Assembly: GCA_964016885.1 (NCBI GenBank)
Contig: OZ024741.1
Span: 316,200,001-316,264,000 of the forward strand
From: Eledone cirrhosa
Lineage: Eukaryota
Reading direction: 5' to 3'
Length of the DNA stretch: 64,000 bases
Shown here: piece after piece, positions 27,301 to 42,795 of the stretch
How the letters are laid out: each line of letters starts with the position of its first letter
How positions within the stretch are numbered: the first letter of the stretch is position 1
Position numbers and translations under genes: made by a program
Notes under the pieces: model-generated
Seen by the model: only the letters and a program-made list of their open reading frames with translations
Told to the model about the DNA's origin: nothing
Databases searched by the model: none

Positions 27301-30300
27301 TGCTGTTATTGTTCTTTGCTATTGCTGCTGTTGCAGTTCTTTGCTGTTGCTGCTGTTACTCTTCTTTGCTATTGCTGCTGTTGCAGTTCTTTGCTATTGC
27401 TGCTGCTACTTTTCTTTGGTATTGCTGCTGTTGCAGTTCTTTGCTATTGCTGCTGTTACTGTTCTTTGCTATTGCTGCTGTTACTGTTCTTTGCTATTGC
27501 TGCTGTTACTGTTCTTTGCTATTGCTGCTGTTGCAGTTCTTTGCTATTGCTGCTGTTACTGTTCTTTGCTATTGCTGCTGTTATTGTTCTTTGCTATTGC
27601 TGCTGTTGCTATTCTTTGCTATTGCTGCTGTTACTGTTCTTTGCTATTGCTGCTGTTACTGTTCTTTGCTATTGCTGCTGCTGCTAGCGTTCTTTGCTAT
27701 TGCTGCTGTGCTGTTCTTTGCTGTTGCTGCTGCTAATGTTCTTTGCTATTGCTGCTGTTGCAGTTCTTTGCTATTGCTGCTGTTACTGTTCTTTTCTATT
27801 GCTGCTGTTGCTGTTCTTTGCTATTGCTGCTGTTACTGTTCTTTGCTATTGCTGCTGTTGCTGTTCTTTGCTATTGCTGCTGTTACTGTTCTTTGCTATT
27901 GCTGCTGTTAAAGTTCTTTGCTATTGCTGCTGTTACTGTTCTTTGCTGTTGCTGCTGTTACTGTTCTTTGCTATTGCTGCTGTTGCGGTTCTTTGCTATT
28001 GCTGCTGTTACTGTTCTTTGCTATTGCTGCTGTTACTGTTCTTTGCTATTGCTGCTGTTACTGTTCTTTGCTATTGCTGCTGTTACTGTTCTTTGCTATT
28101 GCTGCTGTTACTATTCTTTGCTATTGCTGCTGTTGCTCTTCTTTGCTATTGCTGCTGTTACTTTCCTTTGCTATTGCTGCTGTTGCAGTTCTTTGCTATT
28201 GATGCTGTTGCGGTTCTTTGCTATTTCTGCTGTTGCAGTTCTTTGCTATTGCTGCTGTTATTGTTATTTGCTATTGCTGCTGTTGCAGTTCTTTGCTATT
28301 GCTGCTGTTACTGTTCTTTGCTATTGCTGCTGTTATTGTTATTTGCTATTGCTGCTGTTGCAGTTCTTTGCTATTGCTTCTTTTACTGTTCTTTGCTACT
28401 GCTGCTGTTACTTTTCTTTGCTACTGCTACTGTTATTGTTCTTTGCTATTGCTGCTGTTACTGTTCTTTGCTATTGCTGCTGTTACTGTTCTTTGCTATT
28501 GCTGCTGTTACTATTCTTTGCTATAGCTGCTGTTACTGTTCTTTGCTATTGCTGCTGTTTCTGTTATTTGCTATTTCTGCTGTTGCAGTTCTTTCCTATT
28601 GCTGCTGTTACTGTTCTTTGCTATTGCTGCTGTTGCAGTTCTTTGCTATTGCTGCTGTACTGTTCTTTGCTATTGCTGCTGCTGCTGTTCTTTGCTATTG
28701 CTGCTCTTACTGTTCTTTGCTATTGCTGCTGTTGCAGTTCTTTGCTATTGATGCTGTTGCGGTTCTTTGCTATTGCTGCTGTTGCAGTTCTTTGCTATTG
28801 CTGCTGTTATTGTTATTTGCTATTGCTGCTGCTGCTGTTCTTTGCTATTGCTGCTGCTGTTATTGTTCTTTGCTATTGCTGCTGTTGCAGTACTTTGCTA
28901 TTGCTGCTGTTGCAGTTCTTTGCTATTGCTGCTGTTACTGTTCTTTGCTATTGCTGCTGTTACTGTTCTTTGCTATTTCTGCTGTTGGGGTTTTTTCCTA
29001 TTGCTGCTGTTGCAGTTCTTTGCTATAGCTGCTGTTACTGTTCTTTGCTATTGCTGCTGTTGCAGTTCTTAGCTATTGCTGCTGTTACTGTTCTTTGCTA
29101 TTGCTGCTGTTGCAGTTCTTTGCTATAGCTGCTGTTACTGTTCTTTGCTATTGCTGCTGTTACTGTTCTTTGCTATTGCTGCTGTTGCAGTTCTTAGCTA
29201 TTGCTGCTGTTGCAGTTCTTTGCTATTGCTGCTGTTACTGTTCTTTGCTATTGCTGCTGTTGCAGTTCTTTGATGTTGCTGCTGTTACTGTTCTTTGCTA
29301 TTGCTGCTCTTGCAGTTCTTTGCTACTGCTGCAGTTGCAGTTCTTTGCTATTGCTGATGTTACTGTTCTTTACTATTGCTGCTGTTGCAGTTCTTTGCTA
29401 TTGCTGCTGTTACTGTTCTTTGCTATTGCTGCTGTAGCAGTTCTTTGCTATTGCTACTGTCACTGTTCTTTGCTATTGCTTCTGTTACTGTTCTTTGCTA
29501 TTGCTGCTGTTACTGTTCTTTGCTATTGCTGCTGTTACTGTTCTTTGCTATTGCTGCTGTTACTGTTCTTTGCTATTGCTGATGTTGCAGTTATTTGCTA
29601 TTGCTGCTGTTGCTGTTCTTTGCTATTGCTGCTGTTATGGTTCTTTGCTACTGCTGCTGTTACTGTTCTTTGCTATTGCTGCTGTCGATGTTCTTTGCTA
29701 TTGCTGCTGTTGCTGTTCTTTGCTATTGCTGCTGTTACTGTTCTTTGCTATTGCTGCTGTTACTGTTCTTTGCTATTGCTGCTGTTGCAGTTCTTTGCTA
29801 TTGCTGCTGCTACTGTTCTTTACTATTGCTGCTGTTGCAGTTCTTTGCTATTGCTGCTGTTACTGTTCTTTGCTATTGCTGCTGTAGCAGTTCTTTGCTA
29901 TTGCTACTGTCACTGTTCTTTGCTATTGCTGCTGTTACTGTTCTTTGCTATTGCTGCTGTTACTGTTCTTTGCTATTGCTGCTGTTGCTGTTCTTTGCTA
30001 TTGCTGCTGTTACTGTTCTTTGCTATTGCTGCTGTTACTGTTCTTTGCTATTGCTGCTGTTGCAGTTCTTTGCTATTGCTGCTGCTACTGTTCTTTGCTA
30101 TTGCTGCTGCTACTGTTCTTTACTATTGCTGCTGCTACTGTTCTTTGCTATTGCTGCTGTTATTGTTCTTTGCTATTGCTCCTGTTACTGTTCTTTGCTA
30201 TTGCTGCTGTTATGGTTCTTTGCTATTGCTGCTGTTGCTGTTCGTTGCTATTGCCACTGTTACTGTTCTTTGCTATTGCTGCTGTTCTGTTCTTTGCTAT

Positions 30301-33300
30301 TGCTGCTGTTACTGTTCTTTGCTATTGCTGCTGTGCAGTTCTTTGCTATTGCTGCTGTTACTGTTCTTTGCTATTGCTGCTGTTACTGTTCTTTGTATTG
30401 CTCCTGTTACTGTTCTTTGCTATTGCTGCTGTTGCAGTTCTTTGCTATTGCTGCTGTTACTGTTCTTTGCTATTGCTGCTGTTGCTGTTCTTTGCTATTG
30501 CTGCTGTTATGGTTCTTTGCTACTGCTGCTGTTACTGTTCTTTGCTATTGCTGCTGTTATTGTTCTTTGCTATTGCTGCTGTTGCTGTTCTTTGCTATTG
30601 CTGCTGTTACTGTTCTTTGCTATTGCTGCTGTTACTGTTCTTTGCTATTGCTGCTGTTGCAGTTCTTTGCTATTGCTGCTGCTACTGTTCTTTGCTATTG
30701 CTGCTGCTACTGTTCTTTGCTATTGCTGCTGTTATTGTTCTTTGCTATTGCTCCTGTTACTGTTCTTTGCTATTGCTGCTGTTATGGTTCTTTGCTATTG
30801 CTGCTGTTGCAGTTCTTTGCTATTGTTGCTGTTATTGTTCTTTGCTATTGCTGCTGTTACTGTTCTTTGCTATTGCTCCTGTTACTGTTCTTTGCTATTG
30901 CTCCTGTTACTGTTCTTTGCTATTGTTGCTGTTATTGTTCTTTGCTATTGCTGCTGTTACTGTTCTTTGCTATTGCTGCTGTTACTGTTCTTTGCTATTG
31001 CTGCTGTAGCAGTTATTTACTATTGCTGCTGTTACAGTTCTTTGCTATTGCTGCTGTTGCAGTTATTTGCTATTGCTGCTGTTGCTGTTCTTTGCTATTG
31101 CTGCTGTTACTGTTCTTTGCTATTGCTGCTGTTCTGTTCTTTGCTATTGCTGCTGTTACTGTTCTTTGCTATTGCTGCTGTTATTGTTCTTTGCTATTGC
31201 TCCTGTTACTGTTCTTTGCTATTGCTGCTGTTACTGTTCTTTGCTATTGCTGCTGTTGCTGTTCTTTGCTATTGTTGCTGTTACTGTTTTTTGCTATTGC
31301 TACTGTTACTGTTCTTTGCTATTGCTGCTGTAGCAGTTCTTTGCTATTGCTGCTGTAGCAGTTATATACTATTGCTGCTGTTACAGTTCTTTGCTATTGC
31401 TGCTGTTGCAGTTATTTGCTATTGCTGCTGTTGCTGTTCTTTGCTATTGCTGCTGTTACTGTTCTTTGCTATTGCTGCTGTTCTGTTCTTTGCTATTGCT
31501 GCTGTTACTGTTGTTTGCTATTGCTGCTGTTACTGTTCTTTGCTACTGCTGCTGTTGCAGTTCTTTGTTATTGCTGCTGTTACTGTTCTTTGCTATTGCT
31601 GCTGTGCAGTTCTTTGCTATTGCTGCTGTTGCAGTTCTTTGCTATTGTTGCTGTTATTGTTCTTTGCTATTGCTGCTGTTACTGTTCTTTGCTATTGCTG
31701 CTGTTACTGTTCTTTGCTATTGCTGCTGTAGCAGTTATTTACTATTGCTGCTGTTACAGTTCTTTGCTATTGCTGCTGTTGCAGTTATTTGCTATTGCTG
31801 CTGTTGCTGTTCTTTGCTATTGCTGCTGTTACTGTTCTTTGCTATTGCTGCTGTTCTGTTCTTTGCTATTGCTGCTGTTACTGTTCTTTGCTATTGCTGC
31901 TGTTATTGTTCTTTGCTATTGCTCCTGTTACTGTTCTTTGCTATTGCTGCTGTTACTGTTCTTTGCTATTGCTGCTGTTGCAGTTCTTTGCTATTGTTGC
32001 TGTTACTGTTTTTTGCTATTGCTACTGTTACTGTTCTTTGCTATTGCTGCTGTAGCAGTTCTTTGCTATTGCTGCTGTAGCAGTTATATACTATTGCTGC
32101 TGTTACAGTTCTTTGCTATTGCTGCTGTTGCAGTTATTTGCTATTGCTGCTGTTGCTGTTCTTTGCTATTGCTGCTGTTACTGTTCTTTGCTATTGCTGC
32201 TGTTCTGTTCTTTGCTATTGCTGCTGTTACTGTTGTTTGCTATTGCTGCTGTTACTGTTCTTTGCTACTGCTGCTGTTGCAGTTCTTTGTTATTGCTGCT
32301 GTTACTGTTCTTTGCTATTGCTGCTGTGCAGTTCTTTGCTATTGCTGCTGTTACTGTTCTTTGCTATTGCTGCTGTTACTGTTCTTTGCTATTGCTGCTG
32401 TTACTGTTCTTTGCTATTGCTGCTGTTGCTGTTCTTTGCTATTGCTGCTGTTACTGTTCTTTGCTATTGCTGCTGTTACTGTTCTTTGCTATTGCTGCTG
32501 TTACTGTTCTTTGCTACTGCTGCTGTTATTGTTCTTTGCTATTGCTGCTGTTGCATTTCTTTGCTATTGCTGCTGTTACTGTTCTTTGCTATTGCTGCTG
32601 TTGCTGTTCTTTGCTATTGCTGCTGTTGCAGTTCTTTGTTATTGCTGCTGTTGCAGTTCTTTGCTATTGCTGCTGTTATTGTTCTTTGCTATTGCTGCTG
32701 TTACTGTTCTTTGCTATTGCTGCTGTTATTGTTCTTTGCTATTGCTGCTGTTGCAGTTCTTTGCTATTGCTGCTGTTCTGTTCTTTGCTATTGCTGCTGT
32801 TACTGTTCTTTGCTATTGCTGTTGTTGCAGTTCTTTGCTATTGCTGCTGTTGCAGTTCTTTGCTATTTCTGCTATTGCAGTTCTTTGCTATTGCTGCTGT
32901 TATTGTTCTTTGCTATTGCTGCTGTTACTGTTCTTTGCTATTGCTGCTGTTATTGTTCTTTGCTATTGCTGCTGTTACTGTTCTTTGCTATTGCTGCTGT
33001 TACTGTTCTATGCTATTGCTGCTGTTACTGTTCTCTGCTATTGCTGCTGTTACTGTTCTTTGCTATAGCTGCTGTTGCAGTTCTTTGCTATTGCTGCTGT
33101 TGCAGTTCTTTGCTATTGCTGCTGTTACTGTTCTTTTCTATTGCTGCTGTTACTGTTCTTTGCTATTGCTGCTGTTGCAGTTCTTTGCTATTGCTGCTGT
33201 TACTGTTCTTTGCTATTGCTGCTGTTGCAGTTCTTTGCTATTGCTGCTGTTACTGTTCTTTGCTACTGCTGCTGTTATTGTTCTTTGCTATTGCTGCTGT

Positions 33301-36300
33301 TATGGTTCTTTGCTATTGCTGCTGTTACTGTTCTTTGCTACTGCTGCTGTTATTGTTCTTTGCTATTGCTGCTGTTACTGTTCTTTGCTATTGCTGCTGT
33401 TACTGTTCTTTGCTATTGCTGCTGTTATTGTTCTTTGCTATTTCTGCTGTTACTGTTCTTTGCCATTGCTGCTGTTATTGTTCTTTGCTTTTGCTGCTGT
33501 TACTGTTCTTTGCTACTGTTGCTGTCATTGTTCTTTGCTACTGCTGCTGTACTGTTCTTTGCTATTGCTGCTGTTACTGTTCTTTGCTACTGTTGCTGTT
33601 ATTGTTCTTTGCTATTGCTGCTGTTACTGTTCTTTGCTACTGTTGCTGTTATTGTTCTTTGCTATTGCTGCTGTTACTGTTCTTTGCTACTGTTGCTGTT
33701 ATTGTTCTTTGCTATTGCTGCTGTTACTGTTCTTTGCTACTGTTGCTGTTATTGTTCTTTGCTACTGCTGCTGTTACTGTTCTTTGCTACTGTTGCTGTT
33801 ATTGTTCTTTGCTACTGCTGCTGTTACTGTTCTTTGCTACTGTTGCTCTTATTGTTCTTTGCTATTGCTGCTGTACTGTTCTTTGCTACTGTTGCTGTTA
33901 TTTTTCTTTGCTACTGCTGCTGTTACTGTTCTTTGCTACTGTTGCTGTTATTGTTCTTTGCTATTGCTGCTGTTACTGTTCTTTGCTATTGCTGCTGTTA
34001 CTGTTCTTTGCTACTGCTGCTGTTATTGTTCTTTGCTATTGCTGCTGTTACTGTTCTTTGCTACTGTTGCTGTTATTGTTCTTTGCTACTGCTGCTGTAC
34101 TGTTCTTTGCTACTGTTGTTGTTATTGTTCTTTGCTATTGCTGCTGTTACTGTTCTTTGCTATTGCTGCTGTTACTGTTCTTTGCTACTGCTGCTGTTAT
34201 TGTTCTTTGCTATTGCTGCTGTTACTGTTCTTTGCTACTGTTGCTGTTATTGTTCTTTGCTACTGCTGCTGTACTGTTCTTTGCTACTGTTGCTGTTATT
34301 GTTCTTTGCTATTGCTGCTGTTACTGTTCTTTGCTACTGTTGCTGTTATTGTTCTTTACTACTGCTGCTGTACTGTTCTTTGCTACTGCTGCTGTTATTG
34401 TTCTTTGCTATTGCTGCTGTTACTGTTCTTTGCTATTGCTGCTGTTACTGTTCTTTACTATTGCTGCTGTTCTGTTCTTTGCTATTTCTGCTGTTATTGT
34501 TCTTTGCTATTGCTGCTGTTACTGTTCTTTGCTATTGCTGCTGTTACTGTTCTTTGCTATTGCTGCTGTTACTGTTCTTTGCTATTGCTGCTGTAACTGT
34601 TCTTTGCTATTGCTGCTGTTACTGTTCTTTGCTATTGCTGCTCTTGCAGTTCTTTGCTATTGCTGCTTTTACTGTTCTTTGCTATTGCTGCTGTTACTGT
34701 TCTTTGCTGTTGCTGCTGTTACTGTTCTTTGCTACTGCTGCTGTTATTGTTCTTTGCTATTGCTGCTGTTACTGTTCTTTGCTATTGCTGCTGTTACTGT
34801 TCTTTGCTACTGCTGCTGTTATTGTTCTTTGCTATTGCTGCTGTTACTGTTCTTTGCTATTGCTGCTGTTACTGTTCTTTGCTATTGCTGCTGTTCTGTT
34901 CTTTGCTATTTCTGCTTTTACTGTTCTTTGCTATTGCTGCTGTTATTGTTCTTTGCTATTGCTGCTGTTACTGTTCTTTGCTATTGCTGCTGTTGCAGTT
35001 CTTTGCTATTGCTGCTGTTACTGTTCTTTGCTATTGCTGCTCTTGCAGTTCTTTGCTATTGCTGCTGTTACTGTTCTTTGCTATTGCTGCTGTTACTGTT
35101 CTTTGCTATTGTTGCTGTTACTGTTCGTTGCTACTGCTGCTGTTACTGTTCTTTGATACTGTTGCTGTTATTGTTCTTTGCTATTGCTGCTGTTACTGTT
35201 CTTTGCTATTGCTGCTCTTGCAGTTCTTTGCTATTGCTGCTGTTACTGTTCTTTGCTATTTCTGCTGTTACTGTTCTTTGCTATTTCTGCTGTTACTGTT
35301 CTTTGCTATTGCTGCTGTTCTGTTCTTTGCTATTGCTGCTGTTACTGTTCTTTGCTATTGCTGCTGTTGCAGTTCTTTGCTATTGCTTCTGTTGCTGTTC
35401 TTTGCTATTGCTGCTGTTACTGTTCTTTGCTATTGCTGCTGTTGCTGTTCTTTGCTATTGCTGCTGTTACTGTTCTTTGCTATTGCTGCTCTTGCAGTTC
35501 TTTGCTATTGCTGCTGTTACTGTTCTTTGCTATTGCTGCTGTTGCTGTTCTTTGCTATTGCTGCTGTTACTGTTCTTTGCTATTGCTGCTGTTACTGTTC
35601 TTTGCTATTGCTGCTGTTATTGTTCTTTGCTATTGCTGCTGTTACTGTTCTTTGCTATTGCTGCTGTTACTGTTCTTTGCTATTGCTGATCTTGCAGTTC
35701 TTTGCTATTGCTGCTGTTGCTATTCTTTGCTATTGCTGCTGTTACTGTTCTTTGGTATTGCTGCTCTTGCAGTTCTTTGCTATTGCTGCTGCTACTGTTC
35801 TTTGCTATTTCTGCTGTTACTGTTCTTTGCTATTTCTGCTGTTACTGTTCTTTGCTATTGCTGCTGTTACTGTTCTTTGCTATTGCTGCTGTTATTGTTC
35901 TTTGCTATTGCTGCTGTTACTGTTCTTTGCTATTGCTGCTGTTACTGTTCTTTGCTATTGCTGCTCTTGCAGTTCTTTGCTATTGCTGCTGTTCTATTCT
36001 TTGCTATTTCTGCTGTTACTGTTCTTTGCTATTGCTGCTGTTCTGTTCTTTGCTATTGCTGCTGTTGCAGTTCTTTGCTATTGCTGCTGTTGAAGTTCTT
36101 TGCTATTGCTGCTGTTGCAGTTCTTTGCTATTGCTGCTGTTGCAGTTCTTTGCTATTGCTGCTGTTACTGTTCTTTGCTATTGCTGCTGTTACTGTTCTT
36201 TGCTATTGCTGCTGTTGCAGTTCTTTGCTATTGCTGCTGTTGCAGTTCTTTGCTATTGCTGCTGTTGCAGTTCTTTTCTATTGCTGCTGTTGCAGTTCTT

Positions 36301-36349
36301 TGCTATTGCTGCTGTTACTGTTCTTTGCTATTGCTGCTGTTCTGTTCTT
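24332..36349. repeat. 25-bp minisatellite array (GTTCTTTGCTATTGCTGCTGTTACT)n, ~12 kb, ~480 units
   Basis: Direct reading; alternative unit endings ACT/GCA/GCT/ATT and occasional 24-bp units. Confidence 0.97.
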
Positions 36350-36391
36350 GTCCAAACATTTGCTGTAGTTATAATTTCCGTTTGTTTCTAG

Positions 36392-36735
36392 ATGTTATCG
36401 TTGTTGTTGCTGCTGTTGCTATGTGCTATTGCTACTATAGTGTGTTATTGTTGCTGTAACTCTCTTCTGTTATTGTTGCTGTTGCTATTGTTGCTGTTGT
36501 TGTTGTTGTTGTTGCTGCTGTTGTTGTTGCTACTGTTGTTGCTGTTGTGTTGCTGCTGTTGCTATGTGCTATTGCTTTTATTGTGTATTACTGTTGCTGT
36601 TGATCTGTAGTTTTATTATTGTTGTTGCTACTTTTGTTGTTGCTGCTGTTGCTGCTGTTTTTGTTGCTGCTGTTGTTGTTGCTGCTATTGTTGTTCTGTG
36701 TTCTAGTTGTTGTTGTTATTGTTGTCTGCTATTGT
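36392..36735. repeat. Degenerate (GTT/GCT)n trinucleotide tract
   Basis: Direct reading. Confidence 0.85.
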
Positions 36736-36961
36736 AGCTCTGCGTTAGCGAAAAGATTATGGCAAAAAAATCACCAAGAATTCAGTTTAGTCGATTAAAT
36801 AAAAGCAGAAACGTCGCCATCTTCTTTCAGATTTTATTTTTTATTGTTATTTGTTTTTGTTATGTTTTGTATGTTTGTACATTTGATTCTTTGAGTTTGT
36901 GTGTGCATGTTTCAATGGAGGGATAGGGTGAGGTAAGACTGTTCCTTAGCATGGATCTAAC

Positions 36962-38215
<1,254 letters not shown>

Positions 38216-38348
38216 ATGCAAAAGTTCCATTTAAAATTGTTGGGATACAACAAGTAAATATTTTATAACTGATATAAAGCACTCGACAAGTTTTGGGAGT
38301 AGATATACGATATTAAATAAATGGAAACTATATTTATAAAACCATATT

Positions 38349-38413
38349 TATTTCATTATATATATTTCAGGGATACCAAATTAAAATATGGTATGCCTTC
38401 ATCAGACAAAATA
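38349..38413 (-). ncRNA. Type-I hammerhead ribozyme motif with minimal helix III
   Basis: Minus strand reads tattttgt-CTGATGA-aggcatacc..ggtatccct-GAAA-tatatata-atgaaata. Confidence 0.75.
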
Positions 38414-41022
38414 CAATATATAAACAGTTTTATAAATAATTTTGACGTACCCTATTAGATGCGACCATTAATTTTGGAAGCTGTCTGGATAGTGAGATGT
38501 TTATAATTATTTTATTAGTTATAGTGTTAAGCACAGTTAGAAAAAAGACGGAGAGAAAGAAAAAAACGGAGAGAGAGAAGGAGAGAGAAAAAGAAGGAGA
38601 GAGAGAAAAGGAATGTATGCAGAAAAGAAAGATATATATAAATAGATAGGAGGAAATGAAAAAGAAAGAAAAAAGAAAGAAATAAGAAAGACAAAAGAAA
38701 GCACCAGAGAGATAATAATTCATCATACAGATAGAGAAACTCAAGATAGATGAAGTACTATATAGAGAGAGGAGGATACAGTGACAACTTTACGTCATGT
38801 CATATTAAGTTGAATTAACAATTCATATGAAATGAATAATAAAAATGTAAATATCAATATTCATGAATGGGACATAGATATATAATATGAGAAAATAACA
38901 TTGTTCAATAATGACCATATGTTTAGTTTAAAACCTTGAGGTCAATATACCAAAATCTGAGTTAAAACCTTCAAAAAATACCCTATTTATAAAAATACGG
39001 ATACACATATGTATATATATATACACGCATATGTACGTCCTGAAAAAAGAGAAAATTATGTCTTTTCCAGTCAATAATATAGACATACAAATGATTTCAC
39101 TTGATCACTTCTATACATTTCTTGTGTTATAAAAATTTCACAGTATACATACATAAAAAATACGATTAATATTCATGTCCTCATATATATGATTACCGTT
39201 CATGTATTTAATATTATGCATATCTGCAACACACATCAACATATACACACACAACCATACATACACATACATATGTATAAATAAATATCTGCGTGAGTTT
39301 TCCAGCATTGTTATGCATATATACAGATACATATACGAACACATAAATAAACCCTATAAACCTTTTATATGCATGTTAATACACATAAATGGCCTTTGTA
39401 TAGAGATAATCAAATATCAATATATTAATATAGAAATATCAAAGCATTAAATATCTTTAAAACATTATAGAGTATCTCAAGTTAAAATAATATGTTTTAT
39501 ATATTTATTATAGAAATCTATCCTACCTATATCTCAAACAAGATATTGCAAGGTAGACATATGAAAGTTATTAGAAGCTATCTGAGTCAAAAACAAATAA
39601 AAAATAAAAAATAAAAAATAAAAATAATTTAAAAGATTTAGAAGACCCAGTGATTCTACGGATGCCCTTATATTTAGTATAGAAATTTATCTTACGTAAA
39701 TTTTATTTAATACATTGGGAGCATATACATTTTAGAGTAGTTTATTATATCCTTGTTTATATTTAGGAAGAAAGTTTAAAAAGAAAAAGGTGAAGGAATC
39801 TAATGATTTATCGTCAGGTTTCATATATTAACTAAATTTCTTAATTAATTATACTACATTTGAAATTTATATTTATATTTAAACGTTGAGTTCAATCTAT
39901 GTCTGCAGCAACTGAATAAATTGCTCCTTAAATTAAGGGAATTTTTGTCTCAAAAGGTATTCCTTTTAATTCCTCATCAGAGAGTTGTGATCTTTGTATA
40001 GAAGAAATATTCTTTATATTAAAGTCCAAAAATTCCCTTATCTCTATACAAAGGCCATTTATGTGTATTAACATGCATATAAAAGGTTTATAGGGTTTAT
40101 TTATGTGTTCGTATATGTGTCTGTATATATGCATAACAATGCTGGAAAACTCACGCAGATATTTATTTATACATATGTATGGTTGTGTGTGTATATGTTG
40201 ATGTGTGTTGCAGATATGCATAATATTAAATACATGAACGGTAATCATATATATGAGGACATGAATATTAATCGTATTTTTTATGTATATATACTGTGAA
40301 ATTTTTATAACACAAGAAATGTATAGAAGTGATCAAGTGAAATCATTTGTATGTCTATATTATTGACTGGAAAAGACATAATTTTCTCTTTTTTCAGGAC
40401 GTACATATGCGTGTATATATATATACATATGTGTATCCGTATTTTTATAAATAGGGTATTTTTTGAAGGTTTTAACTCAGATTTTGGTATATTGACCTCA
40501 AGGTTTTAAACTAAACATATGGTCATTATTGAACAATGTTATTTTCTCATATTATATATCTATGTCCTATTCATGAATATTGATATTTACATTTTTATTA
40601 TTCATTTCATATGAATTGTTAATTCAACTTAATATGACATGACGTAAAGTTGTCACTGTATCCTCCTCTCTCTATATAGTACTTCCTCTCTCTTGAGTTT
40701 CTCTATCTGTATGATGAATTATTATCTCTCTGTTGCTTTCTTTTGTCTTTCTTATTTCTTTCTTTTTTCTTTCTTTTTCATTTCCTCCTATCTATTTATA
40801 TATATCTTTCTTTTCTGCATACATTCCTTTTCTCTCTCTCCTTCCTTTTCTTTCTCCTTCTCTCTCTCCGTTTTTTCTTTCTCTCCGTCTTTTTTCTAAC
40901 TGTGCTTAACACTATAACTAATAAAATAATTATAAACATCTCACTATCCAGACAGCTTCCAAAAATAATGGTCGCATCTAATAGGGTACGTCAAAATTAT
41001 TTATAAAACTGTTTATATATTG

Positions 41023-41087
41023 TATTTTGTCTGATGAAGGCATACCTTATTTTAATTTGGTATCCCTGAAATATGTATAATGAAATA
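41023..41087 (+). ncRNA. Type-I hammerhead ribozyme motif with minimal helix III
   Basis: tattttgt-CTGATGA-aggcatacc-loop-ggtatccct-GAAA-tatgtata-atgaaata; helices I and II pair; predicted cleavage after 41079. Confidence 0.7.
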
Positions 41088-41150
41088 AATATGGTTTTAT
41101 AAATATAGTTTCCATTTATTTAATATCGTATATACATATATATATTTATA

Positions 41151-41181
<31 letters not shown>

Positions 41182-41651
41182 GTGTGTGTGTGTACACATA
41201 CTCACTTATACATACATACAAAGACATTTAAAAGACAGAGATGGACAGGGCAAAAGGAGAAAAAAGAAAAGCACAATACTAGACTGAGACACAAATATTG
41301 AAGAATATATATATATATATAAGGGAAATAATAAAAATAGGGTTTGAAAAGCACACCAGGTATATATAGAAGGGATCGTTATGCCATGTACAAAAATTGA
41401 TATTAGAAATTGATGTATAGCAAAGCCTGCTTTCTCCGTATTGGATTATCAAAACGTTTGTTACTAGGTTAAATTGTTTCCTCTCGTTAAAATGATGAAA
41501 CTGAATATCTTCAATGTTCACTGTCTTATATAAGAGAATAGCCAATATTGTATTATTAGTAACTGCAGTAATGACTAGCTTAACTGACTTAATTTAGGTC
41601 GCTCTACTAGGAATATTCCTATAGCCAACTCTGTATAGGTTATTCTATTAA

Positions 41652-41755
<104 letters not shown>

Positions 41756-41774
41756 AATTCAAATTAAAAAAGTG

Positions 41775-41932
41775 TTTCGCTCTACATGCCAACACAAGAA
41801 AGAGGTGCTCATTCTACTGACGTGGTTATAAAAATGAGGCTTGTTTGCATAATTGCAAACGAATCGAATATTTTTTATTTATATTCTAAAAAGTCAGATT
41901 ACATTTATTGTATTCAGCCGTGTAGACCGAAA
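41775..41932. mobile_element. ~157-bp MITE-like element; related copies at ~42087, 42378, 43900 (inverted) and 44331
   Basis: TIR tttcgctctaca...tgtaga(c/g)cgaaa; central near-palindrome tttgcataattgcaaa. Confidence 0.6.
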
Positions 41933-41943
41933 GGTTTTTATTT

Positions 41944-42017
<74 letters not shown>

Positions 42018-42259
42018 TAATAAATATTGGCTGTACAGGTAATCAAAGAGTGTATACATTTATTTGGTACATCCGGTATATATATACAGTTCTGTTTACA
42101 TGTCAACACGAGAACAAGAATGACGGGGTCACTGACATAGCTTTAAAGAGGGTGTTTGCATAATTGCAAACGAATCGTTCGAAAAGCTCAGATTACATTT
42201 ATTGTATTCAGCCATGTAGAGCGATAAGTTATTTGTTATATATTTGTTATATATATATA

Positions 42260-42325
<66 letters not shown>

Positions 42326-42332
42326 AACAGAA

Positions 42333-42380
<48 letters not shown>

Positions 42381-42481
42381 TTCTGTTTACATGTCAACAC
42401 GAGAACAAGAATGGCGGGGTCACTGACATAGCTTTAAAGAGGGTGTTTGCATAATTGTAAACGAATCGAATATTATTATTA

Positions 42482-42662
42482 ATTTGGCAGTATCAGTAGA
42501 GGGTCGGACGCCATGCTTTCCAGGATAGTTACGTCCCTTAACTATCTGAGTTAAAATCCCGCCGAGGTTGACTTTGCCTTTCATCCTTACGGGGTCGATA
42601 AAATAAAGTACCAGTAATGCACTGGGTAATTGCTGGCCTTGTGCCAAAAGTAGAAACAATTA
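42482..42662 (+). mobile_element. Full-length tRNA-derived SINE inserted in a MITE-like copy
   Basis: A-box-like tggcagtatcagtagag, B-box-like gagttaaaatccc; flanked by ttattaat; empty site visible at 44421-44470. Confidence 0.85.
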
Positions 42663-42762
42663 TTAATATTCGAAAAACTCAGATTACATTTATTGTATTC
42701 AGCCATGTAGAGCGATAACTTATTTGTTATATATTTGTTATATATATATATATATATATATA

Positions 42763-42795
<33 letters not shown>

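Larger units (their letters stand above)
38216..41132. mobile_element. Fold-back element A: ~1.1-kb inverted arms (38303-39409 / 40038-41132), ~630-bp spacer, one-sided ~90-bp tail; Penelope-like
   Basis: Arms are near-identical reverse complements; hammerhead near each outer end; flanked by (TA)n. Confidence 0.85.

Noticed and set aside
8188-36349. CRISPR-like array
   Set aside because: No unique spacers, no cas genes, eukaryotic context.
24340-36459. Leu/Cys-rich ORFs in all three + frames
   Set aside because: The 25-bp unit cycles through frames and simply lacks stops; the minus strand has regular stops.
36780-36828. Minus-strand AAGATGGCG (YY1/Kozak-like start)
   Set aside because: ORF of only 12 codons, no clear donor or other promoter support.
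42482-42565. tRNA gene
   Set aside because: A/B boxes belong to SINE heads; no intact cloverleaf.
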